NCBI GenBank assembly: GCA_036172245.1
Contig: JAYWIR010000049.1
Coordinates: forward strand, 620,001 to 684,000
Direction of reading: 5' to 3'
Origin: Raillietiella orientalis
Lineage: Eukaryota
Length of the DNA: 64,000 nt
Position numbers and translations under genes: made by a program. Positions 34,250 through 45,647 of this stretch are shown one piece after another; position 1 is the stretch's first letter; every line of letters starts with the position of its first letter. Under the pieces are notes generated by a model. That model searched no databases and was not told the origin of the DNA. It saw nothing but the letters and a program-made list of their open reading frames with translations.

Positions 34250-36443
34250 AACGGGTGTTTATGCACCTGCTAGATCACAGTTGCACATGACAAACGGGCA
34301 AAGTTTCTTGATGTGCTCAAGAGAAACTGACTCAGTGCTATTGTCCCTACATAGCTCAGCCAGAATTCAGAGGATTTCAACATCCGCCTGTTGTTGAGAA
34401 AGCGTACAAACCAGAAACTAAGGAGGTTCGTTGATGAATGGCAGCATCGATGTTCGGAGGTACACACTTCCAACCTGCTAGCTAGCGAACCAGGAAGAGA
34501 GATCAATCGACCGCCTTCTGGACTACTGCCTACACTTGCGGATAGCAAGGAACATACTGTGACCCATCTCTGCTTACTTGCTATAGTTGAGACAGAGGTA
34601 AGCATACCTGGGAAGGGACTATCAGCCGGCGTATGGTGGTTATCGAAGGACTGAATAGACCACCCGGAGGCAGTGGAGCTACTCTAACGTACTTCTGCGG
34701 ACTTTTCATACAGGAGCTCCACGAATGAGATGGTCTTAAGGGCCTAGTCCTGGAATTCTGCCTCCGATGTCCTGAGCATCCTGCTTTCGGAGGCTCAGGC
34801 CTTCGGAGAGTTCCGGGTGTCTTTTTTAAGGCGTTCACCTTTTCGGTGAAACCGAAGATAAGACCATCTAACGCAGTACAAAGGTCCCCTACGTTTGGGA
34901 AACGGCACATGTGACAACCAGGAAGAACATGCCTCCTGCATCAATAGGGACAGGAAAGTTGAACGTCCAGAGATATGTGCCGCATTACCAATAACAATAT
35001 TCCATGTCCTACTCTGAAGGATTCCTTGAATGCATGATATTGAGACATTTGTTGCTCGAGGTGACCCTGTAATAGGGGAAAAGAATCGACAACGTCTTGA
35101 TGAGACATTCTTGGAAGAAATCCCCTCCTCCATCAGGAAACTCAAAAATGGGAAAAATCCTGGGAAAGAGAGTCTGTCTGTATAATTTTACAACTTTTTT
35201 GTGGAAAGACTCGACATCCTGTTTTTACAGCTCTTCATGCTGATAGAGGAGAAGAACACTTTCTCTGCAGCTAAAGTATTTTTTTTTTTCCAAAGGAGGA
35301 GAGCTCGGCAGCCTGAATAGCTGGCGCTCCATCACGTTATATAAGAAGCATGCCAGAGTGTTCCATAAACTGTGGTCTGTAAGACTAGCACAGCCTACTC
35401 AGTGAATCCTGAGTGAATCCTACTTCCTAAGTGAATCCCAAAATAAACAGACTTAGTTCCAGGGCGTATGAAGGTCTATTTTGTTCTTCATAAAAACGTG
35501 GTTTTGGCTGCAACAGTTGGTTGCTTTGAAAAACCAGTGTAGGGGCCATTAAAGAAGCCAAATGACTAAGCCTCGGAAGACCCTAGAAAGGGAAATTCAG
35601 CAAGAAGACGTCCAGAGCCCTAGCAATCGCAGCCGATTTCCATAAAGCTTTCGATCGCTCGAACTAAAATTTCCTTCTGTAACTTCCGAGGTATCATGTC
35701 TTCCTGTCTTCTTTGATAAAATATCTGTGCATAATTTACAACTCTTTTGTGGAAAAACTCGACACCCTGTTCTTACAGCTCTTCATGCTGATAGAAGAGA
35801 AGATGACCAAGGTGGGGAGAGCTAACTGACACCTGTTTCATCTCTGCTACATGAACTGTATGCCAATGAGATGGAGAGTTTGGCAGGACACAACCCAACT
35901 GTTATGCTCTTCAGCATCTGCTACAACCTATTGTGCAAAAGTATAAAAAAAATTCCGGTCGTCCTGCCGTCTTCCTGTCCTGGGATGCAGGCATTAATAG
36001 CCTTTGAAGGACACCTACTTCCATGAAAAATCACTTGAATTCTTGTACACACTTCTACAAGGAGAGGACACGCACGTGAACGAACAGAAGTCTACTTTCG
36101 CACTGGTTGGAGTGATCAGGCCGGAAATTCAGATTAGATCCATCTGATCCCCATGAGTGGGTATTTTAAGCATTTAATTATTGGTGCTACTTGTTCTGCA
36201 GAGGTATGGGCCAGCTGCCTCCCGAAAGCTAAAGAGGGTCAGGCGCTGTTCCTTGCCGGTAAGTTTCTCTTGACGGAATAAGCCTCAATCTAAAATGCAT
36301 TCGTTCCCCTGCATTTCATCCCTGCGTTTTTTTTCCTTCTCCCTCAGCAGAGATAAACAGCGAACCAATGGTGACCTGCAGAAAGCCCTGGGGGAAATCC
36401 CAAGATCCAGGATCCTGCTGAAAGACATCGCTGCTTTACGTGC
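34250..36443 (+). mobile_element. Decayed L1/Tx1-like LINE ORF2 (endonuclease end, RT, C-terminus)
   Basis: EDFNI (cf. GDFN), GVWWLS, LEEIPSSIRKLKNGKNPG, NSWRSITL (cf. NWRPITL), DFHKAFDR, LQKALGEIPRSRILLKDIAA (same family as 22860-22920). Ends at a (TA)n run. Confidence 0.8.
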
Positions 36444-37430
36444 ATATATATATATATATATATTCATTTATATCATTCTAATATTATTATGTAACAAGAA
36501 TATTTAAATACATAATTTATTATAATAAAATATTAATTTCATACCTGATTTTAAATATAATATTTATATTAAATCTTGAAAGTGAATTGAAATCTCTACG
36601 TCCTTCGAAAATAGGTCTTGAGTCCCCATTACGAGAAATGGCTCTCGTGACTAAAGAAAGGAGTCTTCAATGGTCGGAAGATTCGGAAGATCCTCAGTAC
36701 TCGAAAAAGACAAGTCTGCCAGCTCTGAAGACGCTCGGCCTCCGGTGAACCTGTTTCATAGAATTCCCCTTAAAATAAATGGCCAAGCGAATCAGGAACC
36801 ATTCTTGGATGTGTCTCGTTGCAATCATGAAGTGTGGCACAGTGGGCTGGATCTACATCCCAAATGTCAGCTTGGTAGTGCCCTCTCACCCCGACTGCAA
36901 GGATTCAGGAGAATGGTGGAATTGCAGTGGTCGAGCAGTGCGAAGATGGGAGTTCTCCCTTCAGTCACGCCTTTGACACCATTCTCTGGGATCAGAGAAA
37001 CGGAAGCCTTTATGCGGGAGATCTGAACAATTTCTGGAAGGACCAAACCGTTGGTAAAATAGAGAACTCTCTGACTGGTCAAAGTGCTGCCTCGCACACA
37101 AGGGAAAGCACTGTCGCGATGGACAGACTTATGAGAACTCCTTGTGGCGAGTAAGCACTTCCCCTATTGCACGGACTTTGTTTTTCCTTCGAGGGCGCAG
37201 CATCTAAATTACCCTTCTCTTGAGTTGGGGTCTCCTACGCAACTCACGCCTTCATCATGTAAATAGGGGTAGCATCTCTCCTCACTAAGGAAGGGGTAAA
37301 CTGACGGAATTCGTATTCGCTCCTAGAAAGACTAGTCATACAACTAAGATAGAAGTGGATACGTCAGGCATTCTCCTATCCTGCGTCGGGTGCAACGACC
37401 TTATCAATCGACCTCAACAGCGTCAATTGC

Positions 37431-37595
37431 AGTGCAGTGTTTTGTCGGAAAGCAGTGAAAAAGGGACACATATAACAGTGGGAGAACAAGCGGAAGGATA
37501 ACCATTGGAGCTGCTCTCATAATGTAATGGAGTGGCATTTTGTCGTCGTCTCAACCCAAAGAGAAAAAGGAGCAGTGCCTGCATTATAAGAGAAG
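37431..37595 (-). repeat. Second copy of the LINE 3' UTR segment at 27772-27937
   Basis: Ungapped match of about 165 nt with about 11 substitutions by manual comparison. Confidence 0.9.
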
Positions 37596-37724
37596 TCCTA
37601 GGGCAAAGGATCTATCAAATTTTACTTCTTCTTTCCTCTTAGAGATGATTTTATAGTTTTTTCAAAAATGTATATAATATCTTTTTCTGTTCAAACGGTA
37701 CCTTACCGAAGACTTGTTCTAAAC

Positions 37725-38320
37725 CCGGAGAGCGGACCCCCCACCGGGGGACCCTCCGAGTCGTCGCCTCTTCACAGAGTGCACAAGGAAGCGAGAGCGA
37801 TTCCCTGCGGGAAGCTGCAGCGCCCCTTCTGAGTTTCGGCAGCGTCCCTTCGGGGTTCTCTTCAGAGGAGTGAACAGGAGCGGTTCCCTTCCGGGTTCCC
37901 TTCAGAGAAGTTGAAATGAAGAGGACCACCCCCCTCCCAGGGGGTGTCCCTCCGGAGAGAATGAGGAAGGAGATTCCCTTCGGGATTCCCCTTCGGAGGC
38001 AACCAGGGTGGGAGGTGCGATCCCCCCCGTCCGGAGGGGATCCCTCCCCAAGCGTGAGAGGAACGGACTCCGGGCCCTTCCTGGATTCATAGGGCGGACC
38101 CCCATCCCGGGGTGCCCTCCTATCCTGAAGAAAATTACACTGAAGAATTACACGCCCCCCTGCGGGTTGCCGCGGGCGTAGAGGCGTGGAAACAAAATAG
38201 TGTGTTCAATGTTTAAAAAAAGGAGCCACGTGCGCCGCGAGGCACGCGACCGGCTCTGAGGTACTTAGCGAACCAAAAAAAAAGAAAGCTCTTAAAAAGA
38301 AAAAAGAAAAAAAAAAAAGA
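37725..38320 (+). mobile_element. Repeat family R1, longest copy, ending in stem-loop and A-rich tail (non-LTR retroelement-like)
   Basis: Shares sequence with 2540-2810, 6200-6425 and 12520-12635. Ends gagcc..cgt..gcc-gcga-ggc-acg..ggctc, then gtactt..gaacc(A)n at 38275-38318. Confidence 0.7.
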
Positions 38321-38402
38321 CTTGTTCCACAGCGGACACTTTCACACATTTTTGTCTTTGTGGAGCAGGAACTTCCGTTCTAGACTAGCAGAAATGTACT
38401 AC

Positions 38403-38652
38403 CTTACTATAAAGAGCGCAAGTATCTCATCAGGTAAGACGGGAGGCCAACATTTCAGAAGTTCCAGGGGATATTCAATGCATATATGTGTCAGTGTTTG
38501 AACGTAAATATTCTTTTGTTTGCTACAAGTGCCCCAGAACAACCGGGTGGTAAGTAAAACAAAACTTCAACTCACAGAATTAAAGTTGTAGATGGATTCA
38601 AAAGCTCTGCAGTGTTCTCAATTAAGTAATCCCATAGCGCTTTCTCTGACAC
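38403..38652 (-). pseudogene. Two exon-like segments of an unidentified gene or gene relic
   Basis: VSEKALWDYLIENTAELLNPSTTLI joins across a short gtgagt..ttgtag intron in frame to LKQKNIYVQTLTHICIEYPLELLKCWPPVLPDEILALFIVR, followed by a GT donor. Upstream segments (38830-39230) carry stops. Confidence 0.35.
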
Positions 38653-41450
38653 CTTCATTCAATAAAGCATTGAAGTACGCTGATTTAAAGTGAAAGACAT
38701 TCTTGGTGGCTACAAGAGCCAGAAAAAGAGCAGTGTTGACTTTTTTTTTTTTTTCATTCTGAAATTCTCAAATTCTGAAACAAAGGAGGAACCCACAAAC
38801 TTGACATTTAAGTTAGCAGCGTTCTTCGTTTGAGAATGCCTTCGTCAGATTTCTTCTACCTTTTCGTTCCAATTTCTCCGATCCAAATTTCCTGTAGTTT
38901 CTGGATTACTTTTTGTTTGGTATTTGAGCTGCTCATGGGAATGAGATGAGTCGACTTCCTCCTTGCCTTCTCTCTTATTTTCACGTCTAAATTCCTAGGT
39001 CGAATTCCTTATTTTGATTTATTTGAGTATTCTCGTTAGTACTGTTGTTAGCATCTTTGCGCGTGCTTCGAAGTCGTCATCTTTGCTGAGCTTATTTCCT
39101 GCTCCTCTGATGACCACAATCCACTTTTTCTGTACTAATTCGCCGGTTCGACTTCACCTGTGCAAAGTTTTTCCGTTTCCATGGGTAAGAGGATGACGCC
39201 TTTCTCGGAAGCCAGAAGATCTTTCAAAGAAAACATTTCGTAAACGAAACGTCTCGAGATCAGAAGCTTATTTTTCGATCCCTTTTTGGATCAGTAATGC
39301 GGTGGCAAAGAATACCAACTTTGCATTGGTTTGGTTTAGCTCATACAATAAGAACTTTAACTCTCCAGCAAATAACAAAGTCAATTTTGTCATTTCGCGA
39401 TCGTCAAATGAAAAAAAAAAAAAAAAAAAAGTACTCGTGTTCAAAATAGAAACCAGAACAAAATTTCGCAAGCTCTTTCCATCACGAACAATTATTTTAC
39501 CTAAAACTTGCAGATAGAAGAAGAAGATCTATTCTAAACACAGAAATACCGCAGTGATGGAAAAGTTTGCATTTCGCAGCCTGGAGAGCAAACAAATGTC
39601 CTGATTCAAAGAAAATGTAGCTCGTTATTCGTAAGTGTTTGCAGCAAACAAGATAGCTCCTGAATTCAGTGCCATCAACGGTTTCGTGCCATAACGACGA
39701 CAGATTACATATCAAGATTATGTATTTCACTCCAAACCTAGTTATTTTTAATTTTGATCAGCTTTATTTTAAATGCGGAAACAAGATGATTTCTGAGAAG
39801 GGAAGAACTCCTTTGCTTGGAAGGTGATGTGATGTCACAAACTGAAGTTGGGGACTCATTATGAGCTTGAAATGATAATCTCATTTTGAGAAACATTTCA
39901 TATTTGCTGAAATAACTGATCCTCCATTTCTGACTTTACGGTTTACGATTTAAATTCAGAAGTTTCAGAGAGTTGAGAGTTCAGCTTAGAGTAAAAGTCA
40001 ACATCGAGATTCACAACAACTGCGAGATTTCATATGGTGACTGCTTTGATACTAAAAAATTCAGGCATCTTTAAATTAGTATCTCATTCTAAAGATCTGG
40101 GTAAAAATTGACATTTATTTTTAATCAGAAATGATTCTAGATCTGGCAGCATGTGCTTGTGATCTTTTTCTGAATTGCTACGATCCAAATCGAAAACTCG
40201 AACGATTCGAACTTTCATATCTCTAAAAATCAAAATTTACAAAAAACTGTCAAGTATCAGGGTAAAAGCAAGAGCAAGCTCGTTCTGAGAGATTAGCAGA
40301 GTCTACTGTTGTTACTCGTCTCAACATGGTAATGGAAATCAGCATTCTAGAAGTAACAATAGAAAATAAAAATAAATGAAATAGAAATGAAAAAACTAGG
40401 AATAACTTTTAGAAATAAATGATCGAATGACGAATGAAAATCCACTCAGGTTTAGCTTCTTCCAAATCATCATTTTCCTCAAGAGAACTGAGAATTCTTA
40501 AACTTACTTTTGAGGTTATTGATTAAGATGTAGGACTTTGATTAGATTGCCCATGTAAAGAAATAGTAAATAAGGCAGCATGATTCATTTTCCATTCCTT
40601 TTACCACCTTATATGATCGTCTTAATTAGACTCAATTATTATCATCATGTAGGCTGAAGAAAAAGGCTTGCTGTGTTGTTGATTGGAGGAATGATTGTGA
40701 TGCATATTTTCTAATTTATTCTATCGAAAGCTTTTGAATGACCGCAATAAAAACAAATGCCATAATCCTAGGAAAAAAATTCCACTTTTAGGTAAGCTTT
40801 AGTTGCCTTTGAATTGAGTAGTCAGGGCAAAACTTAAAATAAATTAGAACTCTGCTATTAGAACCAGAATTTTTGCATTACTGTGAAGTGACCCAAATTG
40901 CCAATGAACAACATTGTTCCATTTAAAAAAATACTTTCTTCTGAAGTCCATGAAGTTTTACAGTGGAATCAGATATTAAACATTCAGTAGTTCGGATAAG
41001 AAGTTATCTAAAGATAAGAGATTATCTCTTCTAAATCACGAGGAAGTGAGCATCATTTCTAAAATTGCTTAATTACATGTTTCATCCGGCATCTCATTGA
41101 AACTTCATACGATTCCCTAACTTGTAAACTTAGTAATTCATCTTTTCCATGATTGGTTTCTTTCTAGTGCATGCATATCGGAATATTCCATACGACTGCA
41201 AACAGGAAGAAGCAAAAGCTGATAAACCAACATTTGCTTTATTTATCATCCTAACCACCAACTCCTGCTTCAAATCCAATTTATCTTCCATCTACGTCCC
41301 ATAACTTTGATGGATGATATTCGGTCGTGAGATATTTTTATATTAACATTAATAGTACTTCGTTGTTTTTTTAAACTCCGAGAGTTGTAGTGCTAGCTTC
41401 TTCGGCAACGAATCTTCAGGAATTTTCCTTCCAAATGGTATCCATTATGC

Positions 41451-41452
<2 letters not shown>

Positions 41453-41482
<30 letters not shown>
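41453..41482. repeat. (TG)n microsatellite
   Basis: Direct observation. Confidence 0.95.
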
Positions 41483-41488
<6 letters not shown>

Positions 41489-42271
41489 TCAAAGTTTGAA
41501 TATTAAGATTTCATAGAAATTTTACAATATTTTGGAAATTCTATTTTTCAATTTCGTTCGATCACTTCCCAAATCTACTGCTAGCTTTCGATTTTCAGCG
41601 GTTAACATGGAAAAACACGTTAAAAGCACTGATACGTTAACCCTAGCAAGCTGAACACAATCGGGCTTCGGGTTAACGCTTCGCACTGCGTATGTGTAGC
41701 TGACCACTTGAAGATGCTAGAACATCTGTCTGACCCGCTCACTTCACGTTGTTCTGTTCCCATAATGTTTATGAGGGTAAAAGCATTCATAACATAAATT
41801 TGGTGTTTTGTAAAAGTCTGTAATACCCCTTCGAACAAATTCACTTGATTTTAGAGTAGTAACAAATTATAATTTGGAGTCATCACTTGGAGCATTTGAG
41901 ATACTGCAAGTCTCTTGAAGTAGCAGTGAGATGTTACAGTGGTTTTGGTTTCCTCTTAATAATGCCGGCTGAATGAAGTGATGCAATAAACTTTTAAATC
42001 CGTTTTTGCAATTTATTTGTTAGTTCCCATTTTGTTTAGGGTATTCAACTTCACGAAGCGGAATTAATTATTTGTAAACATGTTTTTCACAAATTTTCAA
42101 AAAACGCTTCTCTCGTTTACATGTTTAAAGTATCCCAACAAATCGAGAAATTGCAATCCGAATATAGTGTGTAAAAGCAGGAGGTTCGTTACCTCTGAAA
42201 ATTAGTTTTGACGTAAAGTACCTACACGGGAATCATGAAGGGTGAACATATGTTTGTTTGTGGTTAACGTA

Positions 42272-44021
42272 ATGCCACAAACATTTAAGAACATCATAAC
42301 TTGGTTATGTGAATATGCATTCAAGTATCATATGATTCAAACATTCAAAGGTAACTTTTTTATTATTATATTACAAAATTTCTTGTTACATCTGATATCA
42401 GGGATATGCAAATGTAACGGAGATTCCATCCCCAATTTTCCAAGTAAACATATATTAATTTGCTCCACGTATTTTGAATTGTTGTCCAAAGATTACAAGG
42501 CTTTTCACGACCAGCATGACAACTTGAAGAGAACTTTGATGATTCTTGTAAACCTTGCGGAGAAAAACAAAATAAAAAATTGCAGCAGCCTTTATGATTG
42601 CTGGAATCTGTTCACGTTACTTGTACGTATTACCATTACGCAGATGTGTACTAAATCGCTTTTTTTTTTTTTGAGATTTTAATCTTGTTTTGTTTCCTAT
42701 AGGATATACTTCAAAATGTAAATACGTGTAAAGGAAACATATATAAAAAAACTCAAGATTATCTGTTAGATGTAACCTCAACATGTGACAGAAAACTACA
42801 TACTGTAAGTAGTTTAAGTTGTATCATGAGAACAGTGGAAAAAAAAAAACAAAAGCAATCTAGTCTTTAATGTTTTATTGCCCTGAATAATTTGCTTCCT
42901 AAAGTTCGTTCGATAATTTTTTTTTTTTAATTTGAATGTTACAAGCGGAGAGGCAGAAATTAATAAAAATGCCTTTACAAAATGAAATGAATCATATATT
43001 TGTAAATGGGAAAGTAAATTACTTTTTGGATTTCAGTTTCTACAATACATTACACAAAGCATAAACAGCATTATGAAAGTTCTTTCAAGATATCTTGATA
43101 AAAAGTATTCTTATGGTGGTGATACTGTTAATCTTTATTTAAATACTTCTCTTCAAACACCTAAAATTCTTTAAAGATATTATTTATTACAGGCAAAATT
43201 AGAAAGCCTATGCAATCAGGAAAATTTTGCCTTGCAGTTGAAAGATACACTTCAAGATTGCATAATGTTGGGATTCAAAAAGCATATGAACCTTGTTCTG
43301 GAAAACTTGCAAAGATGCCTGCACAAACTTGCCATGGATCTTGCAAACAGTGTTGAAACACAGTGTGAAATGGTATTTTTCGAATGCAAAAACTTAATTG
43401 TATGATTTCTTCCTACAGTTTTTTGGAATGGGAGAAAATAAGGATCAGTCTTTGTTATCAAGATTTCATGACATGCTTGAAATGAAAATGGATCATGTGA
43501 AAATTATGAACATTATAGATACATTGCTCTCCTCAGAATCCAATAGTGAAAATGATGAATGGTTCTGTTCATTCCGAACGAAATGGCAGTTACTAGCTTC
43601 ATCATTATCACATAACAAAGCACAGCATTCTTGTTACTGTCATTTGGATCTTCATTTACCCCTAATTATTGATGGTTATACCCCTGACTCGAGATTATTA
43701 GAAAACATTCGAGTAGAGAACAAAAACAAAGATCAAAGACATGAAATAACAGAAATGTCGAACCTCCTACCAAAGCCTACTTCATTAAAGCGTTGTAACA
43801 ATTCCATAGCAGTTAACAATGATCAAAAAAAAAAAAAAATGAATGCGAGTCGTCAGTCTTTAGATGTTGGTGAATCAACTGCTGAAAGTAGTATTGAAAC
43901 AAGCAGCTGTGCATCATTAAGTTTAATATGCTACAAGTTGCCAATAGAAATAAAACCATGCATAGTCTTGTGCCACTCTGTTGAGGTAGAATTTGATACA
44001 CATATGCAACATTTCAATTAA
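42272..44021 (+). CDS. Uncharacterised multi-exon protein (about 400 aa), convergent with NUDT3
   Basis: Open exons bounded by GT-AG: 42272-42350, 42402-42622, 42703-42804, 43037-about 43078, 43193-43372, 43419-44021. The start codon and the exon 4 donor are uncertain. No family recognised with confidence. Confidence 0.6.
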
Positions 44022-44205
44022 CCACAGTATACTTTCAGTTCTATCATGGTGTACCTATTTACTGCTAAATAAGTGATGACCAAGACCAAACATGGTCTTT
44101 TATATTATTTTGTCAGAAAAACATCTAGGAATAAATTATGGATAACAAATAAAAGCTGCCAGATCCAAAGCAAAATTCAACAATAGCCTTAAATTACTAA
44201 TGGAA

Positions 44206-45647
44206 TCACATGATGAGGTCCTTCTTGAGCAAAGCATCCAGATACCTGCCTTGTACTGGTTTGTGCCGTGTCAGCTCATGGTAAGCATCATCCAAAGAAA
44301 ACCATTTCCGCCTTCTTCCTGAGCCAGACATAGGCTTGGCGATTTGGGAACAGGACTTTCCTCACCAATGTTCTGAGATTCTTCCCAATCAGGCATCTCC
44401 TCAGTCACAGACAGCACAAACACCGATGTCCGGTGCTTTCGCTCTTCATTCTAACATCACAAAAATGTTTAGTAAACAAACAAGTAACAAACAACAGTAT
44501 TGTATCTTTGTAGGATTCATGTAATAACCTGAAAGATGCCTAGACACCTTCCTAAAATTCCGCGTACTCCTGCTTCTTCCTGTACTTCTCTAATTGCAGT
44601 TATAGATGCTTCTTCATTGGGTTCTACTCCACCTCCAGGTACAATCCAGTAATCTGGCTCTTTAGATGATGACACTAATAATACCTAAAAAAAAACATTA
44701 AGATTTCATATATGAAATTGATACATCCTTAGATAGTTGTTATTCTTAATGTAACTCAGATTAATGACAGGCTGGGCATCTCAGGAAACCAATTCATGGC
44801 AGAATTTCAAACTGCTCCTATTTCAAAACCTTCTTAAAAGGCAGAATATTGTATAACAGAATGTAAATCCCAAACTCAGGAACAAAATGTATCACCAGAA
44901 AGAATCAATTTTCCTTTTTCCTTTAGAACTTGTGAATATTTGCTCTGACAAGGCAATATTGATTTGATGTTTACAAATTGAAATTTAATGAGAAATACAG
45001 TGCACAGGATGTCATTGAAAACAGATATCATTAGATACATAGAACTGAATATGCAAATCATCAAAAGAAAGCAAGTTTTTCCAAACTTTCTGTCAAATGA
45101 CAAAATATGAATACCCAAAAATATACCAAAAGAAATAAAAACAAAATAAATGAAGATACTCAAAAGACTATCATGAAATAATATTAGATGGTTGATCTCA
45201 AATCAGTTACACAAAATTTCAAATTCTGCTTGCCAATACAATACTGATGTGTAAGGACAAAGGGAATAGAGTAGTAATTGAAGAAATTAGAAGTAAAGCA
45301 CACGCTAAGTTCTAAAAAGGTAACCATTCATAGTTTTGTATCTTCTGAAAGATAATTGAAAATCAGAATTTAAGAAAATTTTGAAATAAAATCTGTGAAA
45401 ATCGAAAATTAGCTGCTTGCATTCATAACATGAAAGTAGTGTTTTGAAGGCCAAGCAGAGAAATCGAATAAACTACTTGCATACCAAAAAATTCATGTTT
45501 AAACCAAGAAGCTAGCAATATTTTATTTTGGAAATTTTATAAATAAACCTCTGATTCGAAGTCATCCTTTACGCATATGCAGGCTGCTCTTTGTCTGTAA
45601 CCATCTGCATCGTATATTCTCGTAGAATTTGGCTTATTTTTAACCAT
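44206..45647 (-). CDS. NUDT3: Diphosphoinositol polyphosphate phosphohydrolase (Nudix hydrolase, DIPP/Aps)
   Basis: Exons 45647-45549, 44684-44529, 44450-44366, 44318-44206 give MVKNKPNSTRIYDADGYRQRAACIC, VLLVSSS, the Nudix box GGGVEPNEEASITAIREVQEEAGV, KHRT, WEESQNIGRRRKWF, HKPVQ. Confidence 0.96.
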
